A stretch of 24,505 nt of DNA from Candidatus Hermodarchaeota archaeon. Its GTDB lineage: Archaea > Asgardarchaeota > Lokiarchaeia > Sigyniarchaeales > SOKP01. The position numbers were made by a program, and so were the translations under genes. This document shows positions 18,703 through 24,505 of the stretch, in pieces. Positions within the stretch are counted from its first letter, which is position 1. The number at the start of each line of letters is the position of its first letter. Where the stretch lies: assembly GCA_048885535.1 (NCBI GenBank), contig JBHLLO010000041.1, positions 1-24,505 of the forward strand, in the 5' to 3' direction. The notes beneath the pieces are model-generated. The model did not search any database, was not told the origin of the DNA, and saw nothing but the letters and a program-made list of their open reading frames with translations.

Positions 18703-19296
18703 TTGAATAAGAAAATAAAGTATATAACTATTCTTTTCATATTTTTACTACTAACAATTCCAGTTTATTTTGGTATATTTATAGACTTCTTTCTCGTAGG
18801 AGAATTTAATCTAATAGTAGTTCTGATTCTTATATTTGGATACTTATTCCTTTTTGGACTAGGAAAAATTATTGAAATTTATGGTTATAATACAGAAATT
18901 ATCGAAATAATGAAAAAGCATGATGTCATTAATTCTTTTATAGAAAATAATAATAAGCTTGTGAGATGGCTAGGTTTTCTAATAATTATGACTATTGAAG
19001 AATTAATCTTTAGATATTATCTAATGGGTATGTTTAATCATTTATATCGGGAAAAGATAATTATAATCTTTATTTCAAGTTTAATCTTTGCAGTTTATCA
19101 TCTCCATACATGGTTTTCTTATAAGAATTTAAGAATTGTATCTATCTTCTTTTGTTATTCTCTTTGTTTAGGTCTTTATACTGGATACCTTTTATTTACT
19201 CTAGGGATTATTCCATGTATTTTTGTTCATTATAGTTTAGCCATTGTGTCATATTATGGAATTTTTGTCCGATATTTTAAAGAAAGAACAAAATAA
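18703..19296 (+). CDS. CPBP-family (Abi/CAAX type II) intramembrane metalloprotease
   Basis: Multiple TM segments; EELIFR, FAVYH and C-terminal H motifs. Confidence 0.85.
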   Translation: MNKKIKYITILFIFLLLTIPVYFGIFIDFFLVGEFNLIVVLILIFGYLFLFGLGKIIEIYGYNTEIIEIMKKHDVINSFIENNNKLVRWLGFLIIMTIEELIFRYYLMGMFNHLYREKIIIIFISSLIFAVYHLHTWFSYKNLRIVSIFFCYSLCLGLYTGYLLFTLGIIPCIFVHYSLAIVSYYGIFVRYFKERTK

Positions 19297-19309
19297 AGGA
19301 GGGTGAGGT

Positions 19310-20182
19310 TTGGATTTATATTTTAGGGAACTAGATTATGATGACATTCCACAGATATTGGAAATAACTAAAGATATATGGGAAGGGGAAGATTACATCC
19401 CAAATATTATTGAGCCATGGTTAAAAGATACGAATTGCATGAATTATGGAGGTTTTAAAGATAAAGCTAAAACTCAATTAATAGGATTCGGTCGTGTTAA
19501 AATTTTTCCAAGTAGAATGGCATGGTTACAAGGTGGGAGAGTTAAGGTTGATCTACAGAAAAAGGGAGTTGGGAAAGCTTTAATGAAATATGCAATAGAT
19601 TATGCCAAAAAAGTTGGAGCCAAAGTCGCTCAATATGATACTTCTTCAGAAAATGTTGCATCTTTAGCACTTGCTAAATATTTTGGGTTCAAAGAAAAAA
19701 AGAGCATGGAAATTTTGGAATCTAAATCTGAAAACTTGATCATTTATGAGAGAGAGATTAAAGGTGTTAATGAATTTTCTCTCAATAAGGCAAAGGAAAT
19801 ATATAAAAGGTTAAATATTGGTCCAGGGAATGAAATTTGTATTGGTTGGTCATTTGTACCGTTGGATTATCTTAGAGAAGAAAATTCAAATTGGTTTGTT
19901 AAAGATGATGCAATTTTACAAAAAATTAAATTAAAACAACCCAGCACCCAAGAGGGACCAATTAGTAAAGAATTATGGATGATAACTTATGGAAATGAAC
20001 TAAATGTTAAAGAATTAATTGAATTTACTCTTTTAAATGAGGTTAAAGCTAAAGAGAATGAAATATTTGTGATTTTTTGTAAACCCGAAATTGTGGAATT
20101 TGTAAAAAAATTAGGTTTTTCTTACCCTCATTGGGAAAATAAACCTCTTCGTGTTAAATTGTTTGAAAAAATATTGAACTAA
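19310..20182 (+). CDS. GNAT-family N-acetyltransferase
   Basis: IWEGEDYIP, WLQGGRV...QKKGVG (acetyl-CoA motif A), N.ASL.LA...GF. SD-like GGAGG/GAGG upstream of the TTG. Confidence 0.88.
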   Translation: MDLYFRELDYDDIPQILEITKDIWEGEDYIPNIIEPWLKDTNCMNYGGFKDKAKTQLIGFGRVKIFPSRMAWLQGGRVKVDLQKKGVGKALMKYAIDYAKKVGAKVAQYDTSSENVASLALAKYFGFKEKKSMEILESKSENLIIYEREIKGVNEFSLNKAKEIYKRLNIGPGNEICIGWSFVPLDYLREENSNWFVKDDAILQKIKLKQPSTQEGPISKELWMITYGNELNVKELIEFTLLNEVKAKENEIFVIFCKPEIVEFVKKLGFSYPHWENKPLRVKLFEKILN

Positions 20183-20251
20183 GTATTGAAACTAATATTA
20201 GCTTCTGGGAGAAAGATCTTATATGTTTTCTTGATTTAAGGATATTTTGAA

Positions 20252-21562
20252 ATGATAACAAAAAATAGTGAAACCCTAGCAATTAGCCCTAGGATATCAA
20301 GACTTAGAGATGAAATTAGGCTTACAGGGGAAGAGGCCGTTTCAAACTTTTGGAAAGAGATTGAAGAAAGTGGAACACCTATCTTTGAAAGAATTGAAGG
20401 AGATGATAAAAATAACATCATTACTTTCCTAGTTCGAGAAAAAGAGGAAGTAGCAAATATTATTTGTTATAATTTATTTGTTATTGAAAATATAAAAGAG
20501 GGCTTCCTTGAAAGAATTGAAGATACAGACATATATTTCAAATCATATAAAATTCTTAAAGGAATACGAGATACATATTGCTTAAGCAAAAATAATCCAC
20601 TTGAACCAAAAAACCCAATTGAAAATATTTTTAAGTATGGAAACTTGGTTTTTTCTGACCCTTTTAATTCCAAACTATACCAATTTAAGGTAGATGGCTT
20701 CCAGTTTCCATTGAATGAATTCGAATCTCCAGATGCACCCACCCAGCTTTGGTATGGGGAAAGAATTAATATTGATCATGGTAAAGTAGAAAAGTTTATA
20801 TCCCACAGTGAAATATTAAATAAAAAACGGCAAATCCTAGTCTATACACCCCCAAATTATTCTGAGAAGCATTCTCCTTACCATTTTCTTTTATTATTTG
20901 ATGGACTAATATTTGAAGAAATAGCAAAAACATCCTCGACTCTTGATAATCTCATAGCTGATAACAAAATTCCTCCAGTAGTTGCTATTATGGTAGAAAA
21001 TTTCCTACCTATAAATATTGCTCAAAGAGCTGCCGAATTGCCCCCGAACCCAAAATTCATGAACTACATTATTAAAGAATTAGTACCATGGATTCGAGAA
21101 AATTTCAATGTTACAACAAATCCATCTCAGTCTACTATTGCTGGAGCTAGTTATGGAGGGATCGCTTCTACATATATAGCATTTAAACATCCAGAGATAT
21201 TTGGTAATATCTTATCTATGTCAGGAACTTATTCTTGGTATCCGGGTGCAGAATTTTGGGTTCAACAAATAAAAGATCTTGATGGTATCGAGCATTGGTG
21301 GACAAAGCAGGATGAAAAGAAGCCAGAATGGCTTGTTCGTCAATTTGCTCAAAGTGAGAAATTGCATTTAAAAATTTATCTTGATGTAGGCGTTCTTGAG
21401 GAAACAAGTGATGTAGATTTATTTAATTCTAACCGGAATTTCCGTACAACATTACGAGCTAAAGGATATCCTGTTCATTACGTAGAATTTTTGGGGGGGC
21501 ATGACATGATATGTTGGCGAGGTTCAATAGCAGATGGATTAATTTATCTAATAGGAAAATAA
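20252..21562 (+). CDS. Enterochelin esterase (Fes)-like alpha/beta hydrolase with N-terminal domain
   Basis: FW......GTP...DP.N N-terminal domain; VYTPP.Y, LLLFDG, LDNLIA...IPP, GASYGG nucleophile elbow, GGHD...WR. Confidence 0.85.
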   Translation: MITKNSETLAISPRISRLRDEIRLTGEEAVSNFWKEIEESGTPIFERIEGDDKNNIITFLVREKEEVANIICYNLFVIENIKEGFLERIEDTDIYFKSYKILKGIRDTYCLSKNNPLEPKNPIENIFKYGNLVFSDPFNSKLYQFKVDGFQFPLNEFESPDAPTQLWYGERINIDHGKVEKFISHSEILNKKRQILVYTPPNYSEKHSPYHFLLLFDGLIFEEIAKTSSTLDNLIADNKIPPVVAIMVENFLPINIAQRAAELPPNPKFMNYIIKELVPWIRENFNVTTNPSQSTIAGASYGGIASTYIAFKHPEIFGNILSMSGTYSWYPGAEFWVQQIKDLDGIEHWWTKQDEKKPEWLVRQFAQSEKLHLKIYLDVGVLEETSDVDLFNSNRNFRTTLRAKGYPVHYVEFLGGHDMICWRGSIADGLIYLIGK

Positions 21563-21634
21563 AGATTATTAGGATTTAAATTATCAAGAAAAACTCAATG
21601 ATCTTACGATATTAAATGATTTAAAAAAAAAAGA

Positions 21635-22162
21635 TCAATATTGTTCCATTTCAATCATATTAATCTTAAATCCTTTACCGCATAAGGCACAATAAGCAAT
21701 TCCTCTTTCAATTAGTTGTTGATGCATTCTCTCTGAAAATTCAGAACCACAAGCAGTACAATAAGCAGCTCTAGGGTTAACTATATCAAGTTCTTCTTCT
21801 AATAGCTCTTTTTTCTTAATCTCAGATTCATTATGTAATTGAGGGGTTACTTCTTGCTCTACTGATTTTTGTTCAATGGAGCAGCAAGGCTTTCCAGAAA
21901 TTGCATAATAAATTGTTTTAAATAGCTTGTAGAATAGAAGACCAATACTTTTCAGAAGTAAGTATACTCCTTTTAGTATATAATAAATCAAATATACCAC
22001 ACCTTTTAGTAAATAGTACACTCCAATAGCAGTTAGAACTAAAACAGCAGCAATTCCAATAACTACTAAAATTTGAACATAGAGAGGAATACTAAGAAAC
22101 CATTCCATAAATTCCTGCAAATAGTACAGGGCCGTTTCAGCAACGAGATTCCAATCAACCAT
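21635..22162 (-). CDS. Membrane protein with C-terminal zinc ribbon
   Basis: Long hydrophobic/amphipathic N-terminal half; YCTACG...YCALCG. Confidence 0.8.
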   Translation of the reverse strand: MVDWNLVAETALYYLQEFMEWFLSIPLYVQILVVIGIAAVLVLTAIGVYYLLKGVVYLIYYILKGVYLLLKSIGLLFYKLFKTIYYAISGKPCCSIEQKSVEQEVTPQLHNESEIKKKELLEEELDIVNPRAAYCTACGSEFSERMHQQLIERGIAYCALCGKGFKINMIEMEQY

Positions 22163-22230
22163 CTATTATCACCTTTATTTAGAATTTTAACTTTTAATTC
22201 TTAATAAAAAGTGTTTATGGTAGATTAAAA

Positions 22231-22251
22231 AAAAATTGGAGTCCAATTTTT
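22231..22251. promoter_or_regulatory. Perfect 10-1-10 inverted repeat, putative operator
   Basis: AAAAATTGGA-G-TCCAATTTTT in the intergenic region between divergent genes. Confidence 0.45.
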
Positions 22252-22258
22252 AACACTA

Positions 22259-22276
22259 ACCAGTGTAAGCACTGGT
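22259..22276. promoter_or_regulatory. Perfect 7-4-7 inverted repeat, putative operator/hairpin
   Basis: ACCAGTG-TAAG-CACTGGT, GC-rich relative to its surroundings. Confidence 0.45.
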
Positions 22277-22369
22277 AAATCACTTTTTATTCGGACTATT
22301 TAACTTTTTATTGATAAATTTATTTATGGGTAAATTTGAGTATTAAATAATTTATTTTAGGTAGTAATT

Positions 22370-22768
22370 TTGAATGTTAATATTATCTGTCCTACATGCA
22401 AAAATTCGAAAGATATAGCAATTCCCCAATATAAAAGTACTCATCTAATTACCGTATCAATACCAAAAGGGATGGTTTGTGAACACCATTTTCAAGCATT
22501 TATTGATAAAAATTATGTAATTAGAGGATATCAGAAAGTAGATATAGATTTGAAAGAGCAAGATATTGAACAAGATAATGAGAAAATTCTTTCATTAAAA
22601 GATATTTATAATGAATTTTGGGAATTTATTGATAATGATAACGCATTGTTTGCCGATTTTATAAAAAATGATGAAAGAAGAACATCGAATGAAAATAGGA
22701 TTGAAAATGTGAAAATAAAAGATTTCATTTCAAATCTCGAGAATGAAATTCTAAGTGATAATTCTTAA
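22370..22768 (+). CDS. Hypothetical protein with N-terminal Zn-binding CxxC...CxH domain
   Basis: CPTCK...IPKGMVCEHHFQAFIDKNYVIRGYQKVD; TTG start. Confidence 0.75.
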   Translation: MNVNIICPTCKNSKDIAIPQYKSTHLITVSIPKGMVCEHHFQAFIDKNYVIRGYQKVDIDLKEQDIEQDNEKILSLKDIYNEFWEFIDNDNALFADFIKNDERRTSNENRIENVKIKDFISNLENEILSDNS

Positions 22769-22820
22769 AAGCACTTTGAACATTTTTCTCCTTTTAAAGG
22801 GTTTTACTTTTTAAACTATT

Positions 22821-24461
22821 TTATTTTAAATCTGGCAGAAAATTTTGATAATCTTCTCTAGAGGCTCGTTTAAGAGTATTTTTCTCACCACACCTCTCAC
22901 AATACTCCCTTAAAGTGTTTGCAAATTCATGACAATTACTACAAATATATCTGAAGGTTTTCATATAATCCGTTGTCCTTTTTTCTAATTTTCTTCTCGC
23001 AATTTTTTGTGGATCACGTTTATATCTGATGTAAAGTATCATTACTAGTGAAATAACTCCTATAATTACTGTGGTTAAGACTATTAACACGAGTTCTAAG
23101 GGAAATCGAGACGGTACATAAGTAAGTCCATAGGAATAAAATATGTCCATTTCATTATTTCGAGCATCAGACCAAGCTATATGTGGGATATTATTATTAT
23201 CTAGTTGAATAGAAAAATATTCTCCTGGTCTAGAAAAAGTGCTAGCAGTAAAACTCTGGGCGATCGCAAGTTCTTCAGAAAATACTGTTTCATTTCGATC
23301 AACTCCCGTGAAATTTAAGGTGCGGTAATATGGTCTGTAGCTACCTCCTTGTTCGCTGTAATATACAATATGGAGCTTTCCTGACTCATCAATTGCAATA
23401 TCAGGGTTCCATTGATTTCCTGTAATTAAAGGATTGATTCTTATTCGATCACTCCAACTTGCTCCAAAATCATCCGAATATCTTAGATAGACATCCCATG
23501 TATCTCCTATTTGATCGAATTTATCAGCCCAAAGAACATAAAGCCTGTTATTTTGATCAAATTCAAGGACAGGTAAAGTAGCTTTGCTAGCAAATCCACC
23601 AATACTTTCAAACGTGCAATAATTACCATCTTGATTTATAAGTTTTGGAATATCAAAAGTCAAGCCACCATCTGAACTTCTGGTAAAATAAAGGTTACCT
23701 CCTGCTACAGGAGCCCATGTCCATGCAATAAAAAGATCTCCTGTTTTATTTAAAGTAATATATGGACCAACAAAGTAAAAATCTTCTCCCAAACTTGAGT
23801 TATCTTGATAAATGATTCCCCCATCTAATGATCTACTCACTCTAACAGTTGCATTCCCCGTTGGACTGATATCTGCATCATCATATGCAACATAAATTTT
23901 ACTTTTTTCACCAACTACAAATGTTTCTTTATCTGCAAAGTAATTTCCATTTGTAGCATTAACAGGTGTCCATGTCTCTCCATCATCATCACTTTTTGCC
24001 ACTGTAATCTGAGTAAGGTACCCTCCCTCAGGATCTACAAGATATTCACTTTCAAATTCTAAATATGCATAATATATTGTACCATTATACCAATAAAGCC
24101 ATGGATCTGATTGACGAGTAAATCGTCCTTCAAACATTGGCATATCATATGGATGGGTCCAAGTTTCTCCTCCATCAAGAGATTTTACTATACTAACTCT
24201 CGCTCCACCACCATTATGGGTTTCAGAGTTCTTCCATCCTACAAAAATTATTCCAGTATCACTTATTGCCATTGAGACCTCTACATGATGAGGATACACG
24301 CTATCATCAATCGATAAAAGTCTATCTTCTGAAAATGCTTGTATCATAGGATAAACTTCTTGAGTCCTAACAATTCTAAAGCTCGCTAAAAAGGGCAATA
24401 ATAATGTAACTCCAAATAAAATAAATATAAGAAGTTGTTTTTTGAATTGATTTGTTATCAT
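22821..24461 (-). CDS. Single-pass membrane protein: BNR/Asp-box (sialidase-like) beta-propeller plus C-terminal zinc ribbon
   Basis: Signal/TM at N-terminus; Asp boxes SLDGGETW, SDDDGETW, SLDGGIIY, SSDGGLTF, SDDFGASW; TM LELVLIVLTTVIIGVISLVMILYI; CSNC...CERC. Confidence 0.88.
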   Translation of the reverse strand: MITNQFKKQLLIFILFGVTLLLPFLASFRIVRTQEVYPMIQAFSEDRLLSIDDSVYPHHVEVSMAISDTGIIFVGWKNSETHNGGGARVSIVKSLDGGETWTHPYDMPMFEGRFTRQSDPWLYWYNGTIYYAYLEFESEYLVDPEGGYLTQITVAKSDDDGETWTPVNATNGNYFADKETFVVGEKSKIYVAYDDADISPTGNATVRVSRSLDGGIIYQDNSSLGEDFYFVGPYITLNKTGDLFIAWTWAPVAGGNLYFTRSSDGGLTFDIPKLINQDGNYCTFESIGGFASKATLPVLEFDQNNRLYVLWADKFDQIGDTWDVYLRYSDDFGASWSDRIRINPLITGNQWNPDIAIDESGKLHIVYYSEQGGSYRPYYRTLNFTGVDRNETVFSEELAIAQSFTASTFSRPGEYFSIQLDNNNIPHIAWSDARNNEMDIFYSYGLTYVPSRFPLELVLIVLTTVIIGVISLVMILYIRYKRDPQKIARRKLEKRTTDYMKTFRYICSNCHEFANTLREYCERCGEKNTLKRASREDYQNFLPDLK

Positions 24462-24505
24462 ATCCTTTAGATATAAACTTGGTCAACTTATATTTTTTAT
24501 GTACA

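Noticed and set aside
1339-21407. Short overlapping/antisense ORFs in the track (e.g. 1339, 2300, 5427, 7658, 8812, 8883, 9255, 10348, 11477, 13288, 13609, 13709, 15565, 20236, 20467, 21216)
   Set aside because: They overlap well-supported genes and have no recognisable motifs; they are shadow ORFs.
1-24505. CRISPR array, transposase, integrase or att duplication of the tRNA 3' end
   Set aside because: None seen by eye; the DNA repeats noticed are explained by LVIVD protein repeats.

Overview
AT-rich archaeal window. Gene content (uDENN/longin-like protein, RHH and zinc-ribbon families I associate with Lokiarchaeia, methanogenesis-marker-9 domain, archaeal Hsp20) suggests an Asgard archaeon; this is inference. 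It holds about 25 CDSs (metabolic enzymes, regulators, two membrane-anchored beta-propellers, a large P-loop ATPase) and one tRNA-His(GTG) with two 31-nt introns at non-canonical positions (32/33 and 45/46). The main finding is in a GlcF/HdrD-like Fe-S oxidoreductase gene (minus strand, probable start 16140). It is interrupted inside its first CxxCxxC motif by a 30-nt hairpin-forming insert carrying two in-frame stops. The insert folds into a relaxed bulge-helix-bulge-like structure, and its removal restores both the ORF and the cysteine motif. It is a candidate tRNA-endonuclease-type intron in a protein-coding mRNA.
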